Part shown: positions 50,243 to 63,374 of the stretch, piece after piece
Layout: every line of letters starts with the position of its first letter
Numbering within the stretch: position 1 is the stretch's first letter
DNA from: Neocallimastix sp. 'constans'
Lineage: Eukaryota
Length of the DNA stretch: 64,000 bases
Reading direction: 5' to 3'
Assembly: GCA_050613775.1 (NCBI GenBank)
Contig: JBODTK010000138.1
Location: forward strand, 372,001 to 436,000
The notes under the pieces: model-generated
Told to the model about the DNA's origin: nothing
What the model saw: only the letters and a program-made list of their open reading frames with translations
Databases searched by the model: none
Program-made: the position numbers and the translations under genes

Positions 50243-53152
50243 CTAGTAAAAATTGTTTATTATGTCTTGTAGTGTATTTTAACAATATTTAAAATTGTTT
50301 CAAAAAACACTTACAACCTATTTGTAACTGTATTGTTTGGATATTTATATATTATAACATTTGTTATTAGTATTGTGCTAAAAGTCATTTTGTTATTAAT
50401 ATAATATATACGTTAATATGAAAAAAGTAATTATATTTAAATATTTTACGTATAATTTTGTGATTTTATGTTTTATAAATTAATATATATTCAATTTTAC
50501 TTATGAGAAGTGTACACTATAAAATATTTATAGATATAGATATTTAATATTTTAATAAAAGAATAATAAATATAAACATTAAGTAAATTTTTATATTATT
50601 TTATTATAGATAACATAAACAACTATAAACCAAAATAAAAATAAAAAGGAATTTTGATAAATATATTATTTACCTTCTATATATCAATAAATTTGTATAT
50701 ATTTTTGCGCTTATTTGCTTTTCTGATACTTAAAATGACTTGAAATAAGGAACAATAGAAGTTCATTAATTTAACATTTATTGACATCCAAATATAAAAT
50801 ATTGTATTATTTTGTAATTTCTACAATAAACTATAATAATGGGTGTTATTTCTATACACAAATCGATAATGTTTACTTAAGGAGATTATATTTATGTTTT
50901 ATTTAATTACTAAAAAAGTTCTTTTTTATAAAAGTCAATCATAAATATTTTACATGGAATTGAAAATAACATCTGAATCGCAATTACTAAAATGTCGCAA
51001 TTATGTCATTTCCAGCATTAATAAATGATGAAATACATTTGTGTTAATATAAATAATAAATCAAATTTTTAATTGTTACATATATGTTTATATCCATTAA
51101 AATTTTATCTAATCCTATGTACTGGTTAATTATAGGATTAATTTTTATATTATAATATAAAGATAATAAAACAATATATTTAAATAATTAACTATTGATT
51201 AAAGTTTTAAATTTTAATTATTAATATAATTTAAAATTCAATATTAATTTTCCACTTCACTTTAACTACTTTTAATATTTACATATATATTTTCATATTG
51301 ATTTTTTTTTTTTTTATTATGACATTTCAATATATAAAAGTATATATAAAATTATATATATGCAATATAAATAATTCAATATTTATAAATAATTATTTTA
51401 TTAAAGAGATTAACAATTTCAAAAAAAAAAAAAAAAAAAAAATTCAAAAATGGAAACTTTAAATAATATAGAATTCAATTAGAATTTTTTTCAAAAAAAA
51501 AAAAAAAAAAAAAAATTCAAAAATGGAAACTTTAAATAATATAGAATTCAATTAGAATTTTTTAAGTAACACAAAAATTATTTTGGTTAAGCTAATCTTA
51601 AAATTAACTACTAAAAAATACTAAAAATCAAATTAAGACTTGGTGGTGTGGAGAATAAATTACTAGGTCTGATACTATCTGAATAAATTTATACTATTAC
51701 AATTTAAAATTATGTTAACTAAATTTATTATTAATATATATTTTATCATTGCTACTATTATAGAATAAATAACAATATATATATTTAATTCAAAATCTAG
51801 GAATATTTATGCTTTATGAATTATTTAAATTTAAAGTAATCTAAATGAGCAGTTATTCAAATATATATAAAATAAATATATTTATTATAATTATTATACG
51901 TACTCTAAGACAATTAAACATAATATGAATAGATATTTTAGAATTATTATTATTAATAAATTTGTTCATAAATAATAAAGAATTGAATACAATGGATATT
52001 AGTTTGAAAATCTGACGTCGCAGTTAGTTTTTATAATAATAATGATATTTATTTAATCTCATAATGTCATGTCTTTAATTTGTTTCATAGTTAGTTAGTC
52101 GTTTGTATGTGAAAATTTTAATTGCTTTCAAATAAGAAGTATATAAGTTTTGAGATGGATTAAGAAATAAAAATGGTTTTATTGAATAGTTGACTAATTA
52201 TATTAAACTTATATATTTTTCAAAATTTTTTTTTATTATTTTTTCACTATTAATCGCATGTTCATAATGCTTTATTAAATTGGAATTTTCAACATTTACA
52301 AACATAATATTATCACACTCTTTATGCACATATCGTAAGGTACCTACTAAATAAAACCGTTAATTTTTTATCTAATGAATTAAAAATTTTATTTTGATGT
52401 GTATCAATACACCGTCAATATTTTGTACAAGGAGAAACAATATTACCATTGAATAAGCTATAATCGATAAAAAAAAACCATAAATATTCCATTGATATTT
52501 TGGCTAATATTGTTCAACATACTTTCATTGTCACTATAGCTGAAATCATTATGGGTAAAAAAGTTACATAGCTATATATTAAGTGAGTTTTTTAAGGTTT
52601 CAAATAGTACTTGGATAAATGGTAAATACGATTCTTAACTACTTATTTTTTTAATTCTTTCCTTTATTTTTTTTTAATTTCAGGTTGTCTAGTTCAACAC
52701 ACGCAATTTTTTCAGGAAGTGTTTCCATTCATGAATATCTCCACTATTCCCATAACATATAATAAGTAAGTTTCCTTTATATTCATTAAGTATATTTTGT
52801 TTTCCTTTATATTATAATATTTACGTATTAGGGTGTTGGAATCCAGTGAAAATATTTCAATATTAATTTATTGAAAAGAAGCAAGAATTATACTATTAAA
52901 AGTATTTGAATTGTTGAAGGTCCATTTATCTTATCGTTTCTTCACAAATACTCATTTATCCATATTGAATTCAATAACGAATTGAATTTTTTCTTTTCTT
53001 ATACCATAAATACTATCTGATAATAATTATTTATGACTTCTGTTTTTTTTCCCTGAAACTTCAAAATTATTTTATATTAAGGACAATTGTGTTCAGGCAA
53101 TATTTTCTTTGTATCAAAAATACAAATTGTCACTTATTGACAATTAATCACG

Positions 53153-53187
<35 letters not shown>

Positions 53188-53362
53188 TTTTCAAATTTAC
53201 TTTATTTTTTATTTAAAGAAAAATTAATGAATATAAAGTTATTTTTTATTTAAATAAAAATTAATGAATATAAAGTTATTCCAAAGTTTCAACAAATTTA
53301 AAATATATATATTTCTTTAATACTTTTAAAAAGTAATAATAATAAAATTATTATAATATAAA

Positions 53363-53690
53363 TATATAATTTTTGACATTAATATAATATAAAGAAATAT
53401 ATAATTTTTGACATTAATATAATATAAAGAATTATATAATTATTGACATTAATATAATATAAAGAATTATATAATTTTTGACATTAATATAATATAAAGA
53501 ATTATATAATTTTTGATATTAATATATAATATATAATTTTTGACATTAATATAATATAAAGAATTATATAATTTTTGACATTAATATAATATAAAGAATT
53601 ATATAATTTTTGACATTAATATAATATAAAGAATTATATAATTTTTGACATTAATATAATATAAAGAATTATATAATTTTTGACAATATA
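53363..53690. repeat. 35-bp minisatellite, about 10 copies (atataatttttgacattaatataatataaagaatt)
   Basis: gacatt recurs every 35 bp (53375, 53410, 53445, 53480...), with one shortened unit. Confidence 0.92.
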
Positions 53691-54099
53691 ATAATTAATT
53701 TATTAATTATTTATTTTTCTTTTTATTTATTATTATTTCACATATATATTCAGTAATTAACTATTTTCATTTTATTTCAAATTAAAATTTATTTTATATA
53801 ATATATATTTTTAGGTATATTTTAACATTCTATATTTAATGGTATAAATTCCATATATATTATTTTTAATAAATTATTTAATTAAATATTTATAAAATGA
53901 ATTACAATTCATTTTACAAATACTATGGTATAAAATTACTACATTTTTAAAATTAAATAGTTATATAATTGTGTATATTATTATATTATTGTATATTTGT
54001 TTAATACTAATAATAAATTTAAATATAAAAAATTTTTCAAAATAATCTAAGCAATAATCAATTTAACTATTATTTATTATTTTAATAAAAATGACCTAC

Positions 54100-55243
54100 T
54101 TAATTTAATATTAAAGATATAATAGTAATTGCAACAGATAAAATAATACTAGAATGAATGGTAATAGCATTTGAAGTATTGTCACCTTCTTTATTAGTAC
54201 TAACTGTGGATTTTGTTGATGAATTAGTAATAGGACTTGTAGAATTAGTATTATTTGAAGTAGGTGTAGAATTATTTGTATTTGTTTCACCAGCAGATTT
54301 ATTTTTGTTATTTTCATCTGTGGTGTTGGATTCTCCATTATTTAAATTATTTTGATTTTCTTTATCATTAGAAATACTTTGATATGGTGAAACTCCAATA
54401 CATTCAGAAAGTGGAACAAATTCATATCCAAGACTTTGAACATATTCAATTACGGTTGGAAGAACAATATTAACTGTACTTGGATAAACATCATGCATTA
54501 AAGTAATAAAACTATGAGTTTTTGGTGAAACATTTGGATCCGCAAGTTGTTCATTCATAGTAGCAATCACACTATCTACATCTTCTTTATATTGCCAATC
54601 CATGGTATCTGTTCCCCACATAATGATGTTGTATCCTCTTTCTCCCAAGTATTCTTGAATCATTTCAGACATTTCTCTCTTATGAGGATCACTTTCATTA
54701 TATGCTCCATTTCCACAAGGAGGTCTGAAATAAGCAGGTTTTACACCAATGATTTCTTCAATTTTATCTGTCATATCATCAACATTTTCTTTCATTGATC
54801 TTTCCTCAATGGCTTCAAATAAATCTTTATGATTATAAGTATGAGAACCGATATCATGACCAGCTGCATAAGTTTTCTTTACAGTTTCAATAGCAGTTGG
54901 ATCATTTTCAAGATCACTCCAATTATGAGCATTAATAAAGAAAGTCCCCTTTATATTATATTTTTTTAAAACATCTAAAGCGATTGGCGTTGTTTCAGGA
55001 TTTGGACCATCATCAACTATTAATTATAAGATAATAAGAAATTATTCATTAATATAAATTATTAATATAAATTATTAAATAAATAATTTATATAAATTAT
55101 TAATATAATTACAAATCCTTACATGTTAAAACAAATTGACCTGGCTTTAAACAATTTCTATAAATTTTAGCTTTATCTGCAATAACAGAATTAGCAAATA
55201 AAGCAGTAATAATTAAAAATTTTAAATTAATTTTTGGAAACAT
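54100..55243 (-). CDS. Carbohydrate esterase family 4 (NodB-homology, chitin deacetylase-like), signal peptide + S/T/N linker + GPI-type tail; copy 1 (exons 55243-55123, 55016-54100)
   Basis: MFPKINLKFLIITALFANSVIA signal; motifs TFDDGP (split by the intron), SHTYNH, FRPPCG, DTMDW, LMHD; hydrophobic C-terminus. Confidence 0.92.
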
Positions 55244-55939
55244 TTTTTTTATTTTTTATTTTTTATTAATTATAATTTTTTTTAAGGTCTATATAAAGGT
55301 CTATATACTATTATACAATTGGATATTCTATTGATATAATGAAAAAAAAATTTTTTTAAAGTAATTTTTTTTTCATTTTATATAAAATTTTATAATAATA
55401 AATTATTAAAATTACTTTATAAATTCATATTTTTATTAATAAATTATTAAAATTTTATTTTAAATTCATATTTTTATTAAATATAAAAATATGAATTTAT
55501 TTTATTATTTTATTATTCATTATAATTGTTTATATTTGTTTCAAAAAAATATGGTATTTTAAACTAAAAATAGATTTATTTATATTAATATAAAATATTT
55601 TTTGTCAGATTATTCACAAAATTAAATTAAGGAAATAACCATAAACTATAATTAATATTTTAAACTTATATATATATTACACAAATCTTTTTTTAAATTT
55701 ATATATTCAAAACATAAAAAAAAAAATTTTAATCTTTCTATTTAAAATCGGTAAAAAATTTTTTTAAATTGAATTGGTGTAACTTATAATTTTTATTATT
55801 TTTTAATATTATTATTATCATTAATTTTTAACCAACAATTAATAAAATATATCTAAAAATAAAAAGATTTCAAAAATATAAATTTAAAAATAATTATAGT
55901 TTATGGTTAGTTCCTTTATTTCTTCCGTTTAACTTTACA

Positions 55940-56515
55940 AAAAAAATAATTTATATCAATGTAAATAAGTCTATTTTAAAATTATTATTTTTCCATATGC
56001 TCTGAAACAATTAGCCATTGAAGATAAGGCTAAAATTTAAATTAATAGAAAATGTTTATAATTTAGTTAATTAAGAATTTTATTTAATATTTAAAAAATA
56101 ATATTATTTAGATAAATCGGAAATACAAAAAAAATAATTTATATCAATGTAAATAAGTCTATTTTAAAATTATTATTTTTCCATATGCTCTGAAACAATT
56201 AGCCATTGAAGATAAGGCTAAAATTTAAATTAATAGAAAATGTTTATAATTTAGTTAATTAAGAATTTTATTTAATATTTAAAAAATAATATTATTTAGA
56301 TAAATCGGAAATAAATAAATATAATTTATATCAATGTAAATAAGTCTATTTTAAAATTATTATTTTTCCATATGCTCTGAAACAATTAGCCATTGAAGAT
56401 AAGGCTAAAATTTAAATTAATAGAAAATGTTTATAATTTAGTTAATTAAGAATTTTATTTAATATTTAAAAAATAATATTATTTAGATAAATCGGAAATA
56501 AATAAATATAATTTA
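55940..56515. repeat. ~187-bp tandem repeat, 3 essentially identical copies
   Basis: gctctgaaacaattagccattgaagataaggc at ~55999, ~56187 and ~56374. Confidence 0.92.
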
Positions 56516-57349
56516 TATATAAAATAAATATATTTAATAAAAAATTTATATTTAATAATTCTTTATATATAAAAGCTAAATTATATAAAATATGAAAATA
56601 TAATAAATATAAATAAAAATAGAATCATTTATTTATTGAAAAAGTATTATTACTACATAGTTTTTGATTAATTAATTTTTAGGTATATATTTTATTAATT
56701 GTTGGTTAAAAAATAATAACTAAAATTTTTTAAAATTATTATACAAATTTCGTATTTTATATAATTTGACTTTTATTATATAAATAAAAAATTCTAAAAA
56801 TAAAATTTTTTCATAAATATATTATATTTTTTTTTTTAACAGTTAATCCTGAATAATATATTAATATTAAATATTACATATCATTATCTCCTAGTCTACA
56901 CAAAATATATATTAAATATTTAATAATAAATTTTATTTTATTAAATGTTTTTTTTTTTTTTTTTTTTAAAGGTATATAATAATTCACATTTTATTTCAAA
57001 TTATAATTTATTTTATATAATATATATTTCTAGGTATATTTTAATATTCTATATTTAATGGTATAAATTCCATATATATTATTTTTAATAAATTATTTTA
57101 AAGAATACTTACAAATGAATTACAATTCATTTTATAAGTATTATGCATTCTTAAAATTAATAAATATATAATTATGTATATTATTATATTATTGTTGTAT
57201 ATTTGTTTAATATTAAAAATATTATATTAATTTATATTCGTTTAATATTGAAAATAAACTTTAAATTTAAAAATTTTTATTTTTCAAAATAATATAATAA
57301 ATAATCAATTTAATAATTATTAAATATTTGATTAAATAGGTCATTTTAA

Positions 57350-58476
57350 TTAAAATAATAATGATAAAACAGCAATTGCAACAGATAAAATAATACTGGA
57401 ATGAATGGTAATAGCATTTGAAGTATTGTCACCTTCTTTATTAGTACTAACTGTGGATTTTGTTGATGAATTAGTAATAGTACTTGTAGAATTAGTATTA
57501 TTTGAAGTAGTTGTAGAATTATTTGTGTTAGTTTCACCAGCAGATTTATTTTTGTTATTTTCATCAGTGGAATTAGATTCTCCATTATTTAAATTATTTT
57601 GATTTTCTTTATCATTAGAAATACTTTGATATGGTGAAACTCCAATACATTCAGAAAGTGGAACAAATTCATATCCAAGACTTTGAACATATTCAATTAC
57701 TGTTGGAAGAACAATATTAACTGTACTTGGATAAACATCATGCATTAAAGTAATAAAACTATGAGTTTTTGGTGAAACATTTGGATCCGCAAGTTGCTCA
57801 TTCATAGTAGCAATCACACTATCTACATCTTCTTTATATTGCCAATCCATGGTATCTGTTCCCCACATAATGATATTGTATCCTCTTTCTCCCAAGTATT
57901 CTTGAATCATTTCAGACATTTCTCTCTTATGAGGATCACTTTCATTATATGCTCCATTTCCACAAGGAGGTCTGAAATAAGCAGGTTTTACACCAATGAT
58001 TTCTTCAATTTTATCTGTCATATCATCAACATTTTCTTTCATTGATCCTTCCTCAATGGCTTCAAATAAATCTTTATGATTATAAGTATGAGAACCGATA
58101 TCATGACCAGCTGCATAAGTTTTCTTTACAGTTTCAATAGCAGTTGGATCATTTTCAAGATCACTCCAATTATGAGCATTAATAAAGAAAGTTCCCTTTA
58201 TATTATATTTTTTTAAAACATCTAAAGCGATTGGAGTTGTTTCAGGATTTGGACCATCATCAACTATTTATTATAAAAAATAATTAGTTATTTATTAAAA
58301 TAAATTATTATATAAATAATTTATATAAATTATTAATATAATTACAAATCCTTACATGTTAAAACAAATTGACCTGGCTTTAAACAATTTCTATAAATTT
58401 TAGCTTTATCTGCAATAACAGAATTAGCAAATAAAGCAGTAATAATTAAAAATTTTAAATTAATTTTTGGAAACAT
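57350..58476 (-). CDS. CE4 chitin deacetylase-like gene, copy 2 (exons 58476-58356, 58263-57350)
   Basis: Same motifs and intron position as copy 1; 1035 nt spliced. Confidence 0.92.
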
Positions 58477-59049
58477 TTTTTTTATTTTTTATTTTTTATT
58501 AATTATAATTTTTTTTAAGGTCTATATAAAGGTCTATATAAAGGTCTATATACTATTATACAATTGGATATACTATTGATATAATGAAAAGAAAAATTTT
58601 GTAAGTAATTTTTTCTTTCTTATATATAAAATTTTATAATAATAAATTATTAAAATTACTTTATAAATTCATATTTTTATTAATAAATTATTAAAATTTT
58701 ATTTTAAATTCATATTTTTATATTTAATAAAAATATGAATTTATTTTATTATTCATTATAATTGTTTATATTTATTTCAAAAAAATATGGTATTTTAAAC
58801 TAAAAATAGATTTATTTATATTAATATAAAATATTTTTTGTCAGATTATTCACAAAATAAAATTAAGGAAATAACCATAAACTATAATTAATATTTTAAA
58901 TTTATATATATATTACACAAATCTTTTTTTAAATTTATATATTCAAAACATAAAAAAAAAAATTTAAATCTTTTAGAAATTTAAATCTTTCTATTTAAAA
59001 TCGGTAAAAAAATTTATTTAAATTGAATTGGTGTAACCTATAAATTTTA

Positions 59050-59135
<86 letters not shown>

Positions 59136-60567
59136 AATTGTTTTTTAACCAACATATAAAAAAGTTAAATTATATAAAATATGAAAATATAATAAATATA
59201 AATAAAATTAGAATTATTTATTAAAAAAGTCTTATTACCAAAAACAAAATTTTTAGATAATTAATTTTTAGATATATTTTATTAATTATATAAAGAATTA
59301 TTAAAATTTTTTTTATTAAAATATTTATTTTATATATAAATTATTTTTATTTTTTTTTTCCGATTTATCCTTATAAATATTATTTTTTTAGATATTAAAT
59401 AAAATTCTTACAAATTAAAACAAATTAACCGAATTTTAATTAATTTCTATGAATTTTAGCTTCAACTTCAACTGTAATGACAAATTTAGAAAATAAAATA
59501 TTAAGAAATAAAATTTTAAAATATATGAAAAAAATTATAATCTAAAAATAAACTTATTTACATTGATATAAATTATTTTTTGCAAAGTAATACAGAAGAA
59601 ATAAAAGAACTAACCATACACAATAATTATATTTTAAATTTATAAATCTAAAATTATTTTTAATATTATACATTTCTTTTTATAAATTATTAAATATATA
59701 TTGTTTATTGATGGTTAAAAAAAAAATAATAATGAAAAATTTATAGAAATTAATAATAAAAAAACTTATACATTACACCAATTCATTTTAATATTTTTAA
59801 CGATTTTAAATAGAAAGATTAACGAAAAAAATAAAAAATTAGAAAAATTCTATTTTTTGAATATAACTTTTAAGAATTTTATTTATTATCTAAATAATAA
59901 TATTATTTAGGATAAAATCGGAAAAAAATAAATGTAATTTATATATAAAATAAATATATTTAATGAAAAAATTTATGTATAGTAATTTTTTATTTATATA
60001 AAAAGTCTAATTATATATTCAAAAAATAATTTTTTTTTTTTTATATATTTCAGATTTTTAGTGAGCTTTCTATTTAAAATCTGTAAAAAAATTTTAAAAT
60101 GATTTGGTGAAATGTATAATTTTTATTATTATTTATTTTCGTAAATTTTTTTTTATTTTTTTTTTAAACAACAATTAACAAAATATATCTAATAAGTTAT
60201 AAAGAATTATAAATTATATTTTTACATTTCTTTTTATAATTATAATATTAATAATTATTTTTTGATTTTTTGGTATATAAATATTATTGATTTACTAAAT
60301 ATATATAATTAATATATAAATAAATAAAAGAAAAAAGAAAAAAATAATAAATAATTATAACATTACCAAATAAATATATATTTATGAACATTATAATTAA
60401 GGTCTTTATATAAATTAATAAAAAAGAAATAAATTTATCTTTTTATCTTTTTATAAATTGTATAATTTACAATTTTAAAAAATTTATATTTTATTAATTT
60501 AATATTTAATATAAATTTTTAATTGATATAAATTGAGTAAAAAAAATTTTTTGTTAATTAATATTAA

Positions 60568-60862
60568 AACATTTTAGTATTACTTTTAAAAGGATAAAAT
60601 AAATATTATTTTAAAAGTAATATTAAAAGGATAAAATAAATTAATATTATTTTAAAAGTAATACTAAAATGTTATACTTTTAAAAGGATAAAATAAATAT
60701 TATTTTAAAAGTAATATTAAAAGGATAAAATAAATTAATATTATTTTAAAAGTAATACTAAAATGTTATACTTTTAAAAGGATAAAATAAATATTATTTT
60801 AAAAGTAATATTAAAAGGATAAAATAAATTAATATTATTTTAAAAGTAATACTAAAATGTTA
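60568..60862. repeat. 94-bp tandem repeat x3 bounded by a 24-bp inverted repeat
   Basis: Units start at 60581, 60675 and 60769. aacattttagtattacttttaaaa (60568-60591) is the reverse complement of ttttaaaagtaatactaaaatgtt, which ends each unit. Confidence 0.85.
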
Positions 60863-61471
60863 TAAGTATGATATATAATAATTAATTTTTTTTAGACAAG
60901 GAGAGAATGTCATGTAGCATATAATATTAAAATATTATTCAGGATAAATATAAAATAATAAATAATATATATAATGTATGGATAATTCTTCTGTTTAGCT
61001 TTGCAAAAAATATTTTATATTAATGTAAATAAATCCATTTTTAGATTATATTTACCATATTCTCTGAAATAATTATTTTAATATTTTTAATTCTTACTGC
61101 ATTATTTGCTAAACCTGTCATTTCAAATAAAACTAAAACTAAATCTATAGAAATTATTTAAAATTTAGTTAATACAAATTAACTAAATTTTAAATAATTT
61201 ATAGATTAACTTTATAAGAGTTTTATTTAATATTTAAATAATAATATTATTTAGGATATATCTGAAAAAAATAAGTATAATTTATATATAAAACAAATAT
61301 ATTTGAATGAAAATATTTATAAAAAGTAATTTTTTATATATATAAAATATGAAAATATAATAAATATAAATAAAAATAGAATTATTTATTAAAAAAGTCT
61401 TATTACCAAAAACATAATTTTTAGTGAATTAATTTTTAGATATATTTTATTAATTGCTGGTTAAAAAATAA

Positions 61472-61760
61472 TTATATATATATTACTATATTCAAAACAT
61501 AAAAAAAAAAAAATTTAAATCTTTCCTTTTAAAATCGGTAAAAAAATTTATTTAAATTGAATTGGTGTAACCTATAAATTTTATTATTTATTATTATTAT
61601 TATTATTATAATAATAATAATAATAATTATTATAATAATAATAATAATAATTATTATAATAATAATAATAATAATAATTATTATAATAATAATAATAATA
61701 ATAATTATAATAATAATAATAATAATAATTATTATAATAATAATAATAATAATAATTATT

Positions 61761-61792
<32 letters not shown>

Positions 61793-61903
61793 TAAAATTT
61801 ATAGGTTACACCAATTCAATTTAAATAAATTTTTTTACCGATTTTAAAAGGAAAGATTTAAATTTTTTTTTTTTATGTTTTGAATATAGTAATATATATA
61901 TAA
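61472..61903. repeat. ~430-bp AT-rich quasi-palindrome
   Basis: 61472-~61610 is the reverse complement of ~61765-61903 (e.g. aaatcggtaa/ttaccgattt, ggtgtaacctat/ataggttacacc). The centre is alternating (AAT)n/(ATT)n blocks. Confidence 0.93.
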
Positions 61904-62246
61904 ATTTAAAATATTAATTATAGTTTATGGTTATTTCTTTAATTTTATTTTGTGAATAATCTTATTAAAAAATAATTTATATTAATATAAATAATTCTAT
62001 TTTTAGTTTAAAATACCATATTTTTTTGAAACAAATATAAACAATTATAATGAATAATAAAATAAATTCATATTATTATTAAAGAAACTTATTATTATAA
62101 AATTTTATATATAAGGAAGAAAAAATTACTTACAAAATTTTTTCTTTTCATTATATCAATAGTACATCCAATTGTATAATAGTATATAGACCTTTATATA
62201 GACCTTAAAAAAAATTGTAATTAATAAAAAATAAAAAATAAAAAAA

Positions 62247-63374
62247 ATGTTTCCAAAAATAAATTTGAAATTTTTAACTCTTACTGCTTTATTTGCTAAT
62301 TCTGTTATTGCAGATAAAGCTAAAATTTATAGAAATTGTTTAAAGCCAGGTCAATTTGTTTTAACATGTAAGGATTTGTAATTATAATAATAATTTATAT
62401 AAATTATTTATATAATAATTTATTTTAATAAATAACTAATTATCATTTTATAATTAATAGTTGATGATGGTCCAAATCCTGAAACAACTCCAATCGCTTT
62501 AGATGTTTTAAAAAAATATAATATAAAGGGAACTTTCTTTATTAATGCTCATAATTGGAGTGATCTTGAAAATGATCCAACTGCTATTGAAACTGTAAAG
62601 AAAACTTATGCAGCTGGTCATGATATCGGTTCTCATACTTATAATCATAAAGATTTATTTGAAGCCATTGAGGAAGGATCAATGAAAGAAAATGTTGATG
62701 ATATGACAGATAAAATTGAAGAAATCATTGGTGTAAAACCTGCTTATTTCAGACCTCCTTGTGGAAATGGAGCATATAATGAAAGTGATCCTCATAAGAG
62801 AGAAATGTCTGAAATGATTCAAGAATACTTGGGAGAAAGAGGATACAATATCATTATGTGGGGAACAGATACCATGGATTGGCAATATAAAGAAGATGTA
62901 GATAGTGTGATTGCTACTATGAATGAACAACTTGCGGATCCAAATGTTTCACCAAAAACTCATAGTTTTATTACTTTAATGCATGATGTTTATCCAAGTA
63001 CAGTTAATATTGTTCTTCCAACCGTAATTGAATATGTTCAAAGTCTTGGATATGAATTTGTTCCACTTTCTGAATGTATTGGAGTTTCACCATATCAAAG
63101 TATTTCTAATGATAAAGAAAATCAAAATAATTTAAATAATGGAGAATCCAACACCACAGATGAAAATAACAAAAATAAATCTGCTTGTGAAACTAACACA
63201 AATAATTCTACAACTACTTCAAATAATACTAATTCTACAAGTACTATTACTAATTCAACAACGGAATCCACAGTTAGTATTAATAAAGAAGATGACAATA
63301 CTTCAAATGCTATTACCATTCATTCCAGTATTATTTTATCTGTTGTAATTGCTATTTTATCATTATTATTTTAA
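62247..63374 (+). CDS. CE4 chitin deacetylase-like gene, copy 3, inverted (exons 62247-62367, 62461-63374)
   Basis: ACA T|gtaagg...aatag|TT GAT GAT GGT CCA gives TFDDGP; HTYNH, RPPCG, DTMDW and LMHD present; 1035 nt spliced. Confidence 0.93.

Noticed and set aside
53363..53690. 35-bp periodic array resembling a CRISPR array
   Set aside because: Units are contiguous with no unique spacers, the context is eukaryotic and no cas genes are present.
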